Origin: Candidatus Bathyarchaeia archaeon
GTDB taxonomy: Archaea; Thermoproteota; Bathyarchaeia; Bathyarchaeales; Bathycorpusculaceae
Length of the DNA stretch: 64,000 nucleotides
NCBI GenBank assembly: GCA_038883855.1
Contig: JAVZLH010000001.1
Location: forward strand, 118,552 to 182,551
Direction: 5' to 3'
In this document: piece by piece, positions 10,156 through 19,322 of the stretch
How positions within the stretch are numbered: position 1 is the first letter of the stretch
How the letters are laid out: each line of letters opens with the position of its first letter
Position numbers and translations under genes: made by a program
Notes under the pieces: model-generated
Told to the model about the DNA's origin: nothing
Database searches by the model: none
The model's input: the letters and a program-made list of their open reading frames with translations, nothing else

Positions 10156-10523
10156 GTTGCTGTTCCCTCTTTTTCCGCCTCTGCGTGGACAACTTTTTCG
10201 ATGAGTTTCATAAAAACTGATTGCGCCTGCATCTCGCTGACTTTTTCTAAGTAGATTGATACTAGGGCTATTTTCCCCTTTCTTGACGCGATGTATTCAG
10301 CGAACATTCTGGCGGAAATCGCGTTTCTGTCGCCTAAGAGAACAGAAGATGATGGAAGGCCAAGCATGTCTTTGGGTTTTGGAACAGCTATTGCCAATGT
10401 TCCAAGCTTGTCTTCTCTCTCGCTTAAAAGGATTAGGCAAGCATTGCTTGTTTCCATGTAAACTGCCAGAAAATTTGTGTCTAACTCCACCATTTCGCCC
10501 TTAACGATTTTTGCTCGCTCCAT
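10152..10523 (-). CDS. Hypothetical 123-aa protein, translationally coupled to the UbiD-family gene
   Basis: Clean ORF with a 4-nt ATGA overlap onto the downstream UbiD gene. I could not recognise a family. Confidence 0.5.
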   Translation of the reverse strand: MERAKIVKGEMVELDTNFLAVYMETSNACLILLSEREDKLGTLAIAVPKPKDMLGLPSSSVLLGDRNAISARMFAEYIASRKGKIALVSIYLEKVSEMQAQSVFMKLIEKVVHAEAEKEGTAT

Positions 10524-10579
10524 CGCTTTTCTCCACTCCTTATATAGCCTACATATTCACTATTTATTGTTTTCAAAGG

Positions 10580-11260
10580 ATGATGCCACGTATGACCGAG
10601 AACAGAGCTGAAAAAATCTTGGAGATTTTGAGAAAAACCTTTACAATGCCAAGATGGATAACGTCGACGAAAGACGCGTTTAAAACGTTGATTGTCACGG
10701 TGATTTCCCAGAACACCAACGACAGAAACACCGCTAGAGCCTTCGAAAAACTTTCGAAACAGGTTGAGATTACGCCCGAAGCCTTAGCGAACGCAGAGAC
10801 AAGTCAAATCGAAGAATGCTTAAAAGTGGCTGGTTTATACAGAAACAAAGCCAAAACAATAAAGCAGCTTTCAAAAATAATCCTTGAAAAATTCAACGGC
10901 AACCTAAACACCATCTTGTCATTACCGCTTTCTAAAGCAAGAGAGGAGCTTCTTCAACTTCCCGGAGTTGGACCTAAAACCGCCGACGTTCTGCTGCTCT
11001 TTTACTCGGAAAAACCCACAATTCCCGTGGACACTCACGTCAACCGCGTGGCAAAACGCTTGGGTTTGGCGCCTCCGGATGGAGGTTACGAGCTGGTTCG
11101 CGGTTCTCTTGAATCGCTTTATAAATCTAAAGATTACTTGGCGGTTCATATACTGCTGATTTTGCTTGGCAGAAGATATTGTAAGGCGAGAAACCCATTA
11201 TGCGAGGAGTGTCCTGTGAACACCCTTTGCCCGTCTAAACTAATGAGGAACAAGGAATAA
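10580..11260 (+). CDS. nth: Endonuclease III (HhH-GPD DNA glycosylase/AP lyase)
   Basis: HhH motif LLQLPGVGPKTADVLL and C-terminal Fe-S motif CKARNPLCEECPVNTLC (C-x6-C-x2-C-x5-C). Start taken at ATG 10580 rather than the ORF-track extension at 10511. Confidence 0.9.
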   Translation: MMPRMTENRAEKILEILRKTFTMPRWITSTKDAFKTLIVTVISQNTNDRNTARAFEKLSKQVEITPEALANAETSQIEECLKVAGLYRNKAKTIKQLSKIILEKFNGNLNTILSLPLSKAREELLQLPGVGPKTADVLLLFYSEKPTIPVDTHVNRVAKRLGLAPPDGGYELVRGSLESLYKSKDYLAVHILLILLGRRYCKARNPLCEECPVNTLCPSKLMRNKE

Positions 11261-11277
11261 TTCTCGTATGCAATGTT

Positions 11278-12585
11278 TTACTTGATAGTTGTGGGCTCTA
11301 AATTTTCTTCTTCGGCGAAAATCGGTATTTCCTTCATGTTCTTGTCAAGTTTAACTTTTCCAAAAGCAATTGTTGAAACGTTCTCAGAGACAGGTGTATA
11401 AATTTTAAGAGTTTTTCTAGCGAAGTCAACTTCATGTAAAATGCCTATTCCTAGAAACTTTCTTTTTTGATCATACAAAGCTGTAAGTAATCCTGCCTCC
11501 TCGCCTTTCCGAATGACGACAGCTTTCTTTTTGGTGAATTCCTCAATCTTTTTGATGTTGTCTTCGTTAACCCAGCGACCTCTCCCAACAACTATGCAAA
11601 TTCTATCTGGTAACTCAGCAAAGTGTAATGGTTTCATTTCCAAAAGTTCGTAGACTTTTCTTGCATATCTAGCATTTCCTGAAGCTCTATCTAAACCAAG
11701 CAGCCAATCGTCCTCTATTTTCAGCCAGTTTATGGGAAAAGACTGCACTTTTGCATTTTTCAAGTATTTTATATATCCAAGCTCCCTCAGGCTTTTGCGT
11801 TTTTCCCTGTCCCTCTGCCTAATAGCTATGGGAGAATCAACAACAACCTTTCTGAACTTTTCAAGAGCATCTAACAGAGGTGTTAACTCGTCTTTTTGTT
11901 GGATGTAGAAAACAATATCGGGGTTAAGCTCTTCAACAAGCTTAACTTTGTAGCTTACCGCTTCTTCTCCCTCAACCCAACCATCAGTGTTTATAACGAT
12001 GAACTCAGGGTTGTCTTCAATAATTTCCCTTTTTAATGCTACTAGTCCATCAACCACTTTGGTTAGCGCTGCACTTGGAGATGTTACACCAACAAAGAAG
12101 GCATTTTTAAGTTCCAAATTAAACAGGTCAGTTACTGGCTTTGCGACAAAGGTATATGCAACTGTGCACGGTGGTCCTATATCGGATTGACCTAAATCCC
12201 CATCTAAAACCACAACTTTCCGTTTTTCCCTCAGTAAATTGTTTACTAGATATGTGCAGAAACTAGTTTTTCCAGAGTCAACAGTCCCTAAAACCATTGC
12301 GACGGCTGGTCTTGCGTCAACCTTCGCGAGTTCTTCATAAGCGTTGTTCCATGAAGGAGGAATAGTGTTTCCATCAACCTCTTCAACGCTTGCGTTTTCT
12401 CCCAGCAAAATCTGAAAACTCGCCTTTTCTGTTACCATAAATGGTAGTCTTTTACCCTCTCTTATCACAACTTTGCTTGCACTTCCAAGAACTGAGCCGA
12501 AAACCTCAGCCTTACCGGATACGACTGTGACAGAAGCTGGGCCATCAACCAGCAGTGTTTTGCCATTTTCAACTGTTCGATTCAT
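11278..12585 (-). CDS. Clp1/Grc3-family polynucleotide 5'-hydroxyl kinase
   Basis: 435 aa with P-loop VLGTVDSGKTSF flanked by N- and C-terminal beta domains, as in archaeal Clp1. Confidence 0.8.
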   Translation of the reverse strand: MNRTVENGKTLLVDGPASVTVVSGKAEVFGSVLGSASKVVIREGKRLPFMVTEKASFQILLGENASVEEVDGNTIPPSWNNAYEELAKVDARPAVAMVLGTVDSGKTSFCTYLVNNLLREKRKVVVLDGDLGQSDIGPPCTVAYTFVAKPVTDLFNLELKNAFFVGVTSPSAALTKVVDGLVALKREIIEDNPEFIVINTDGWVEGEEAVSYKVKLVEELNPDIVFYIQQKDELTPLLDALEKFRKVVVDSPIAIRQRDREKRKSLRELGYIKYLKNAKVQSFPINWLKIEDDWLLGLDRASGNARYARKVYELLEMKPLHFAELPDRICIVVGRGRWVNEDNIKKIEEFTKKKAVVIRKGEEAGLLTALYDQKRKFLGIGILHEVDFARKTLKIYTPVSENVSTIAFGKVKLDKNMKEIPIFAEEENLEPTTIK

Positions 12586-13222
12586 TCCTCTTCCCCCTCG
12601 GAAACATATGTCCGCTTCTTCCAGCTATCTTCATGGCAGACACAATATCCCTAACTCCCCTTCTATGCTTGTTGTCGCTTAGATAACGGTTTGTCCCCGC
12701 TTCACTTACACTTTCCAAAACAACATGCGGCGGCAAAGTCTCATCTAAAGCCTCTAAAAGCTTCTCCTTGTATGCGCGGACTCCATCGCCAACCTTTATA
12801 GAAACCGAAGTTGTCGGCGTCCTTTCAATGTTCTTCAGAAGGTCCTTAATTTTTTCTAATGTTTCCTCCACGCTGAAACAGTTTTCTGTTTTTATAACTT
12901 TTCCATCAGCCAAAACAGCCAGACCGAAGACTTCGCCGGGATCTACACCTATAACTATTTTTTCGTAAGCTTCCCTCCCTTCAATGATTTGGACTGCTTG
13001 ATTTACTATGGCTTCTGGCTCGGTGTTTTCTTGAAAAACTAGAATTTTTTCATGGTTTATCTGGTTTTTCTCCTTTTCCGTGGTTATAACCACCTTTATT
13101 TCTACCGGGATTGGTTCTTTCGGGATTAGACTTAAAAATGGTATGCTTCGCTTTTTCAACTCATTAACGATTAAATAGTATGCTTTCCCTGAAACCGTTG
13201 CCACCGCAATCTTCGCTTTCAT
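12569..13222 (-). CDS. Hypothetical protein with an RNase H-fold (RuvC/YqgF-like) signature, coupled to Clp1
   Basis: 217 aa containing the motif IVIGVDPGEVFGLAVLADGKVI and a later SVSEAGTN segment. Overlaps the Clp1 start by 17 nt. Confidence 0.5.
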   Translation of the reverse strand: MKAKIAVATVSGKAYYLIVNELKKRSIPFLSLIPKEPIPVEIKVVITTEKEKNQINHEKILVFQENTEPEAIVNQAVQIIEGREAYEKIVIGVDPGEVFGLAVLADGKVIKTENCFSVEETLEKIKDLLKNIERTPTTSVSIKVGDGVRAYKEKLLEALDETLPPHVVLESVSEAGTNRYLSDNKHRRGVRDIVSAMKIAGRSGHMFPRGKRNESNS

Positions 13223-13294
13223 ACAGCCTTTCCTATTTTTGGTTTTAAACGCAAGACAAATTATTAGTTTCGCAACTTATATTCGTTGATGTGA

Positions 13295-14011
13295 ATGGAA
13301 TTGCCGCTAGCCATCCCAACAGGTTGTAAATCCATCGACAAAGCCTTGGGCGGGGGCATACCGCTAGAAACTATTAGCTTAATTTATGGAGAGGCTGAAA
13401 CTGGAAAGACTGCTCTAAGCATGCGATGTGCTGTGAATTGTGCAGAGATTGGCTACAAAACACTTTTTGTTGATTGCGACGCCACATTCTCTGTGCAAAG
13501 GCTTTCTCAAATTACATCTGGAAAACTCAATAAAATTGCAGAATACATAATTTTAATGAAGCCAAGCAACTTCCATGAACAGGGAATAGTGATAGATCAT
13601 ATGGCGGATTACATAACAAAAAACTTTGGGCTCGTGGTTTTTGATACAATTACATCCCTTTATCGTGTTGAGGTTTCAGAAAATCCTAAAAACACATTTA
13701 GGCTAAACCGCGAACTGAACAGGCAAGTAGCGGCTTTAGCGCAAATTGCGAAGACGCACAAAATCGCAGTTTTGATGACAAGTCAGGTTCGAAATGTTTT
13801 TAATGATTCTGTTTATGTAGGAGTCGAGCCTGTTGGGACGAGAGTTTTAAAATTCTGGTCTGATGTGATAATTGCCATGAAACCTACTCAAAACTCCAAA
13901 ATAATTGAGGCAGTAGTAGAGAAAGCTCCAAAAGAAGCCAAAAAGAAAAGCAAACCCATATGTTACTTAAAAATAGATGAAAATGGAGTACATGAGCATA
14001 CCTTTCATTGA
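13295..14011 (+). CDS. radB: RadB-type RecA-superfamily ATPase
   Basis: 238 aa with Walker A GEAETGKT, Walker B-like LVVFDTITSLY and no N-terminal HhH domain. Confidence 0.8.
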   Translation: MELPLAIPTGCKSIDKALGGGIPLETISLIYGEAETGKTALSMRCAVNCAEIGYKTLFVDCDATFSVQRLSQITSGKLNKIAEYIILMKPSNFHEQGIVIDHMADYITKNFGLVVFDTITSLYRVEVSENPKNTFRLNRELNRQVAALAQIAKTHKIAVLMTSQVRNVFNDSVYVGVEPVGTRVLKFWSDVIIAMKPTQNSKIIEAVVEKAPKEAKKKSKPICYLKIDENGVHEHTFH

Positions 14012-14027
14012 CTGTGAGGGCGTTTAT

Positions 14028-14528
14028 ATGCAACTAATCATTGAGGCTTTGCTATTTATATTCCCCGCTTATTGTGCAAACGCCTTACCCGTAATAACTG
14101 GCGGAGGCCTTCCGTTAGACTTTGGAAAACGTTTTATCGATGGAAGACCAATTTTTGGAAAAAACAAAACTTTTCGAGGTTTCTTTTCAGCACTGGCTGT
14201 TGGAACAGTTGTCGGTTTTGCAGAAAACGCCTTTTTCAATTATCCCAAGAATGTTCAAGGTTTTCAATTTGGTTTTCTATTGTCGTTTGGAGCTTTACTA
14301 GGCGACTTAATAGGTGCGTTTATTAAACGGAGACTTGGACTTGCACCTGGAGAACCATTGCCGATCATTGACCAAATCGACTTCATAGTAGGTGCTCTTT
14401 TGTTCGCACATTCTCTAGGAGTAGTTACTTGGGAGCTTACAGTTATTGTTCTAATAATAACTCCACCAATTCATTTGTTGACAAATTTTGCAGCCTATAA
14501 AATGGGTCTAAAAAATACGCCGTGGTAA
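14028..14528 (+). CDS. carS: CDP-archaeol synthase (CDP-2,3-bis-O-geranylgeranyl-sn-glycerol synthase)
   Basis: Polytopic membrane protein. FPAYCANALPV...GKNKTFRGF...LGDLIGAFIKRR is typical of the CarS (DUF46) family. ATG at 14028. Confidence 0.8.
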   Translation: MQLIIEALLFIFPAYCANALPVITGGGLPLDFGKRFIDGRPIFGKNKTFRGFFSALAVGTVVGFAENAFFNYPKNVQGFQFGFLLSFGALLGDLIGAFIKRRLGLAPGEPLPIIDQIDFIVGALLFAHSLGVVTWELTVIVLIITPPIHLLTNFAAYKMGLKNTPW

Positions 14529-14532
14529 GATT

Positions 14533-14955
14533 TTATCCGTAATATAGTTTTGACTTTATAAGGTATTCTAGGGCGATGTAGGCTATCAAAAGAAGCGATA
14601 TTCCCGCTAGAAACATCATGTAAGCTTGTCTTGGCTTGTAAGCGTATTTGGTGCTCTGATAAATAGATATTAAACCAATAACGCCGAGTGCGTAGAGAAC
14701 CGGTACAACAATGTTTTCGGTTCCAAACTGCTCAGACAGCCCTGGATAAAGAAAGATAAAGCGTCCACCGTAATATACGGCTGGAAAAGGCTTCATTATT
14801 AAAGTGTAGAGGCCGCCTCCCAATAGGAAAACGGCGAAGGCAACAACGATTACTGAAAGAGTTAACGTTGAGGGTTTTACTGTTGAAATGCGCTTGTATA
14901 ACCTATTCATGGAATAAGGCAGTGAAGAAATTATTTTCTTAACTTTCAGAGGCAT
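14533..14955 (-). CDS. Hypothetical membrane protein (about 4 predicted TM segments)
   Basis: 140 aa with hydrophobic segments. Overlaps the upstream small Zn-protein gene by 17 nt, consistent with an operon including topA. Confidence 0.5.
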   Translation of the reverse strand: MPLKVKKIISSLPYSMNRLYKRISTVKPSTLTLSVIVVAFAVFLLGGGLYTLIMKPFPAVYYGGRFIFLYPGLSEQFGTENIVVPVLYALGVIGLISIYQSTKYAYKPRQAYMMFLAGISLLLIAYIALEYLIKSKLYYG

Positions 14956-15172
14956 CTTGGTTTTCTCCGGTTTTTGTTAGGTATTCCGCCACCTCTTTAG
15001 CCCATTCGCCTGTTAATGGATTTTTAACAATCTCCCTTAAATACTCTCCCCAAGAAATTTCTAAAGCCTTTTTCCAAACTGCATACTTTTTCTTGATGCT
15101 TTCGTAAGCCTTCATATGTAACTCGCAAAAGCCTTTATCAACTGCCTTTCTGCTGCAGATTTGGCATTTCAA
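14939..15172 (-). CDS. Small zinc-knuckle protein
   Basis: 77 aa with N-terminal CQIC-x8-C-x2-H (MKCQICSRKAVDKGFCELH). Overlaps the topA 3' end by 35 nt. Confidence 0.5.
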   Translation of the reverse strand: MKCQICSRKAVDKGFCELHMKAYESIKKKYAVWKKALEISWGEYLREIVKNPLTGEWAKEVAEYLTKTGENQDASES

Positions 15173-17264
15173 TTCTTTTCATCCTCTCCTCTTTTATTGG
15201 ACATTTTGGGTTGAAACAGAGGTTCCATGGGCGCCTTCCTTTAATCTTAACCTGAACCGTTGGCCAACCGCATCCGCGGCAGTTTTTACCAAGAGGTCGT
15301 ACAGTGCCCTTCTGAGGTAGGGGGAATGAGGCTGAACACAATTTTTTGAAGTAGTTTGTGCAGCCGATAAATCGTTTGCCTGTTTTCCTCGAATAGAGTA
15401 CCATGAGTTTTCCCGAGTTGCAGATTGGGCAAACGCCTATTGTTCTTTCTTCTAGTCTGGCTCTTTTTATGGCGTTGCTTAGTTGTTCGCCGATCACTTC
15501 CTCTTTTTCCTTCAACTTCTCTACTGCTGGTTTAAGGATTTCAACAGCGTCCACTAGAATGTTTTCTCTTTTCTCGTTGTTTAATTGAATCTTGTTCATT
15601 TTCTCTTCAAGTTCTTTTGTCAACTTGACGGAAACAACCGTCGGGCAATACTGTTTTAGAACTTCCATAACCTCAAAACCTAAGTCTGTGACAACCATCC
15701 TCTCGTCGCGGATATACTTTCTATCATACAAGGTCTGTATGATTTCTGCCCTTGTGGCTTTGGTTCCAATTTCCTCTTCTTCCATCCTCTTTAGGAGGCT
15801 GCCGGGGTTATATCGGGGAGGTGGTTTAGTGAACTTATCCTCTAGAATAACTTTCTTAATAATGACCTCTTGTCCTTCCTTTATTTGCGGCAAAAGAACT
15901 TCCTCCGACCTCACGTGAGGTCCATAGAAACGCATCCACCCTTCCTTTAAGATTTGTCTTCCTCTCAAGTAGAAGTGGTGTCCGTTGACGTTAATGTGAA
16001 CTTTCATGCTCTGTCTAATTGCTGGTTCTTCAAAAACCGCCATAAACCTCCTTACCACAAGATCCCATAGGTTTCTCTCTTGGTCGCTTAGAATTCTTTC
16101 TGGAAGATTCCCTGTTGGATAAATGGCTGGGTGGGCTGGGTCCTCTTTCTTTCCCTCTTTTGGTTTCAGTTCTGGTTTTGCGAGAAGTTCTGCTGCCAGC
16201 TTCTTGTATTCAGGGGCTTTGCCTAGGTTTTTCAGTATCTCCTCATAGTTTATTGTCGGCGGAAGTTTTTGGCTGCTTGTCCTCGGGTAGGAGATTAAAG
16301 CGTCTAGATAGAGGCGTTGGGCTATGTCCGAGGTTCGCATTGGCGTATAGCCAAATAGGCTGTAGGCTTCGCTTTGTAAAGTTCCCAAATCGAAGGGTGT
16401 CGGCGGCAGCTGCTGGAACTGTTTAACTTCAATTTTCTCTACTTCCCCATTTTTCCCTTTACACTCACTTAATATCATGTTTGCTTCTCTTTTAGTTTCA
16501 ATAACTTCCTTTTCATATTCAGCCTCGAAGGTTTTCCCGTCGATTTCGATTTCAGCCTTAATCTCCCAGTATGGTGTGGGCACAAAACTTCTGATGGCTT
16601 TTTCTCTGGCTATGAGAAATCTTAAGGTTGGTCCCTGCACTCTTCCAGTGCTTAATGTAGCATATTTTCCGCTCCAATCCCTTGCGGCTATGGTTAAAGC
16701 TCGCGAGAGGTTTACTCCGTAAAGCCAATCCACTTCGTGTCTTGTCCGCCCAGCCTCTATTAACGCGAAATCAAGGTGGGGTAGCAGCTCATTATAAGAT
16801 TTTTCCAGCTCCTCTTTGGTTAATGTTGAATACTTCATCCTCTTTGAGACGCTTTCCTTGTTTCCACAAGCATACTTTAGTATACAGTATCCGATGATGC
16901 TTCCCTCTGTGTCATAGTCGCATGCGTCAATAAACATGTCCGCGTCTTTTGCCAGTTTAGAAATGGTCTCAAGCCATGTGCGGATTTGTTTTGCGCCTCT
17001 CTCGGCAAGGTATCTTGGCACCCACTTGAAGTTAAAGACCGGGTAATAGTTTCTTTCGCTTCTTTCTCCAGTGACAGTATATAAGTGGCCTATGGCTGGG
17101 ACGACAACTATATCTCTGTCCCTTTTAGCCACATAGTAGGGCACACCGTTTTCTTCTTTTTTGCTTGTTTTCCCCTTCGCGTCAAGGGCTGAAGCTATTC
17201 TCTGCGCTGCATCTGGCTTTTCAGTTATGATGAGCGTATATTTTTCCATACTTGCACAAACCAC
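15138..17264 (-). CDS. topA: Type IA DNA topoisomerase (TopA / Topo III-like)
   Basis: 708 aa. Toprim region (LIITEKPDAA, CDYDTEGS), a type IA core and C-terminal zinc ribbons (CPICNSGK..., CRGCGWP...). Confidence 0.9.
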   Translation of the reverse strand: MVCASMEKYTLIITEKPDAAQRIASALDAKGKTSKKEENGVPYYVAKRDRDIVVVPAIGHLYTVTGERSERNYYPVFNFKWVPRYLAERGAKQIRTWLETISKLAKDADMFIDACDYDTEGSIIGYCILKYACGNKESVSKRMKYSTLTKEELEKSYNELLPHLDFALIEAGRTRHEVDWLYGVNLSRALTIAARDWSGKYATLSTGRVQGPTLRFLIAREKAIRSFVPTPYWEIKAEIEIDGKTFEAEYEKEVIETKREANMILSECKGKNGEVEKIEVKQFQQLPPTPFDLGTLQSEAYSLFGYTPMRTSDIAQRLYLDALISYPRTSSQKLPPTINYEEILKNLGKAPEYKKLAAELLAKPELKPKEGKKEDPAHPAIYPTGNLPERILSDQERNLWDLVVRRFMAVFEEPAIRQSMKVHINVNGHHFYLRGRQILKEGWMRFYGPHVRSEEVLLPQIKEGQEVIIKKVILEDKFTKPPPRYNPGSLLKRMEEEEIGTKATRAEIIQTLYDRKYIRDERMVVTDLGFEVMEVLKQYCPTVVSVKLTKELEEKMNKIQLNNEKRENILVDAVEILKPAVEKLKEKEEVIGEQLSNAIKRARLEERTIGVCPICNSGKLMVLYSRKTGKRFIGCTNYFKKLCSASFPLPQKGTVRPLGKNCRGCGWPTVQVKIKGRRPWNLCFNPKCPIKEERMKRIEMPNLQQKGS

Positions 17265-17390
17265 GTTAATGGGCGTTGAAGCGGCTGGTTTCCAGATTAA
17301 GCGTTATAGAGGAAATTAAAAGTTTCTATGCCAAACACCGGAGTTAAAGCTCTTAAGCAGAGGAATCTTCTAACAAAAATGATTAAGGGT

Positions 17391-18134
17391 TTATTCAAAT
17401 CCTTCCACAAAGGCTCTAACGTTTTTGCCCAAAACCTTATGGTTGTAGCCTCCCTCTAGAACAGCGTACCTCCTTCCGCCGCAAACTCTCTCTGCAAAAT
17501 CCTTTATAACTTGAGCTGTTTTGAAGTAATCACTAGTGCTTAGGACGCCGCCCCAATCCTGTTCATGACGGTCAAAACCAGCGGAAACAACTACAATATC
17601 ACATTTAGGAATCGAACTCAAGAACTTCTCCAAATCATTAAAGAAGTTTTCTCTGCTTCCGTCTGCGATATGATGGTATAAAACCTTTGGAGAGTTTGCG
17701 AAGATGTTTGCTGTTCCATCTCCATAATGAAGGTCTATATCCAAAATAACAGCCTTTGCAATTAACCCCTTCCTAAGCAATCTCTCAACAGAGACGGCAA
17801 CATTGTTGAAGTAGCAAAACCCCCAGCAACTGTTTGGGCTGGCGTGATGTCCAGGCGGCCTTACAACCCCAAAGGCTGGTTCACCTTTCATGGCGCCTCC
17901 CACAGCCAGCAAAGCAACTTCATAAACTATGGGCGTGTTATTGATATGTTCTATGTGGCTTTTTCCATGAACAAGCGCCACATCATCATCCGTCGCCATT
18001 TCGGGTTCAACAACATCGAAGCCGCTTAACTCTTTCATGATGGATTCCATTCGCCCCGGTGCAGCAGCTGGCTCGGATGAGTATACTCTGCAATAGTTTT
18101 TGTGAAAGACTATCTTCATCCGAGTCTCCTCCAT
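17391..18134 (-). CDS. Histone deacetylase-family (arginase-fold) deacetylase, compact form
   Basis: 247 aa with catalytic motifs present: RPPGHHA, DIDLHYGDGT, SAGFDRH, LEGGYN. Confidence 0.75.
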   Translation of the reverse strand: MEETRMKIVFHKNYCRVYSSEPAAAPGRMESIMKELSGFDVVEPEMATDDDVALVHGKSHIEHINNTPIVYEVALLAVGGAMKGEPAFGVVRPPGHHASPNSCWGFCYFNNVAVSVERLLRKGLIAKAVILDIDLHYGDGTANIFANSPKVLYHHIADGSRENFFNDLEKFLSSIPKCDIVVVSAGFDRHEQDWGGVLSTSDYFKTAQVIKDFAERVCGGRRYAVLEGGYNHKVLGKNVRAFVEGFE

Positions 18135-18185
18135 CTATTTAAAAATACGCTTCATTCCTCTTTTAAATGCGTTGGCAAATGTTTT

Positions 18186-19040
18186 TCAGCCGAGGTGTGA
18201 AAGGATTTTTGAAGAAAGAGATTTGCGGAATGTTCGTTTCACCTTCTCTAATGGTTCTCCAATGATGGTGATTTTGTTTAAGTCACATGTTCCAAGACCT
18301 TTTTCCTCAGCTAAAACAAGGTGCTTAACCTCTTTTGGGTCTACACCCATGACAGCAGCGCCGACAGCGTCAACTGCTACAGAGTCCACTCCAGCAATAA
18401 CTAAATCCATTTCTACGGGATTTCCACTTGTTTCATGTCCTTCTCCAGCTATTATCCCGTCTATGACTGTTAGGCTTGGTGTGAGTAATGATGCTAAGTC
18501 AGCGATGTTTTTGCTGAGCCAGCCATTATGCATAGAGCCTTTAGAAGCCAATGCGCCCATCATGTTCTTTAAGCCTAATGTGACTGTTGCCATTCTGTGA
18601 AGCTTAAGCTTCGGGACGCTTATTATGATGCTTTGTAAGGCGGTTTTAGCCACTTTAACCTTCTTAAGCGCTAGTGGATTAGGCGGGTAAACTTCAACAA
18701 ACTCGTCCTTGTTAAGGTCGACAAGTTTTACATTCCACCTTTCTGCAACAGCGTCAACTCCCGCAACTCTGAAAGCTTCAAAAGTGTCCACAAAACCGCT
18801 TCCCTCACCTATAACAATATTTTCTACACCGCTTTCTTTCAAAAACTTTACAACACCCTCTACTACTCTACTGTCGGTTGTGATGCCGGTTGAGGGATGC
18901 CTTGAGTTAATATAGTTAGGTTTAACTAAAATTGGCTTATCCGCTGAAAATATGAAACTTAAGTCATGTTCAATCATTCTAAGAGCGTTAACTGTTATTT
19001 CTATTGGATTTTTTCCTTTTACAATGGCGACTTTGACCAT
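18186..19040 (-). CDS. DUF362 domain protein
   Basis: 284 aa. PILVKPNYIN...ITTDSRVVEGVVKFLKE is typical of the DUF362 family. Confidence 0.7.
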   Translation of the reverse strand: MVKVAIVKGKNPIEITVNALRMIEHDLSFIFSADKPILVKPNYINSRHPSTGITTDSRVVEGVVKFLKESGVENIVIGEGSGFVDTFEAFRVAGVDAVAERWNVKLVDLNKDEFVEVYPPNPLALKKVKVAKTALQSIIISVPKLKLHRMATVTLGLKNMMGALASKGSMHNGWLSKNIADLASLLTPSLTVIDGIIAGEGHETSGNPVEMDLVIAGVDSVAVDAVGAAVMGVDPKEVKHLVLAEEKGLGTCDLNKITIIGEPLEKVKRTFRKSLSSKILSHLG

Positions 19041-19154
19041 TTGAAAGCACTAAAACTTTTAGGGTTTTTACGGCAATTTGAATCTTTCCTTAACAGAATA
19101 GGCAACCAATAAATATGCCGCAAACATTACTTTTCCTTTATTAAAGGGGGATTT

Positions 19155-19322
19155 ATGGTGCCCCAACGTGTTATTTGCCAAGGATGCGGTCACGTGTTGT
19201 ATGAGGGGGTTGACCTTAAACCTCCCGACGAAATCCTCAATCAATATAATGGAAAATGCCCAAAATGCGGCAAAAAGTTATCACTAATGCCAATCGATGT
19301 GGACGTAAAACCCATCAAATAA
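19155..19322 (+). CDS. 55-aa zinc-ribbon protein (below the ORF-track length cut-off)
   Basis: ATG at 19155 preceded by AAGGGGGA. Translation is MVPQRVICQGCGHVLYEGVDLKPPDEILNQYNGKCPKCGKKLSLMPIDVDVKPIK, with a CxxC...CxxC pattern. Confidence 0.55.
   Translation: MVPQRVICQGCGHVLYEGVDLKPPDEILNQYNGKCPKCGKKLSLMPIDVDVKPIK

Noticed and set aside
17391-18134. The HDAC-family gene looks truncated at 247 aa, against the typical 300-plus
   Set aside because: All catalytic and metal-binding motifs are present in order (GHHA, DxH in DIDLHYGDG, GFD, GGY), and the ORF has clean boundaries. It is more likely a naturally compact family member than a pseudogene.
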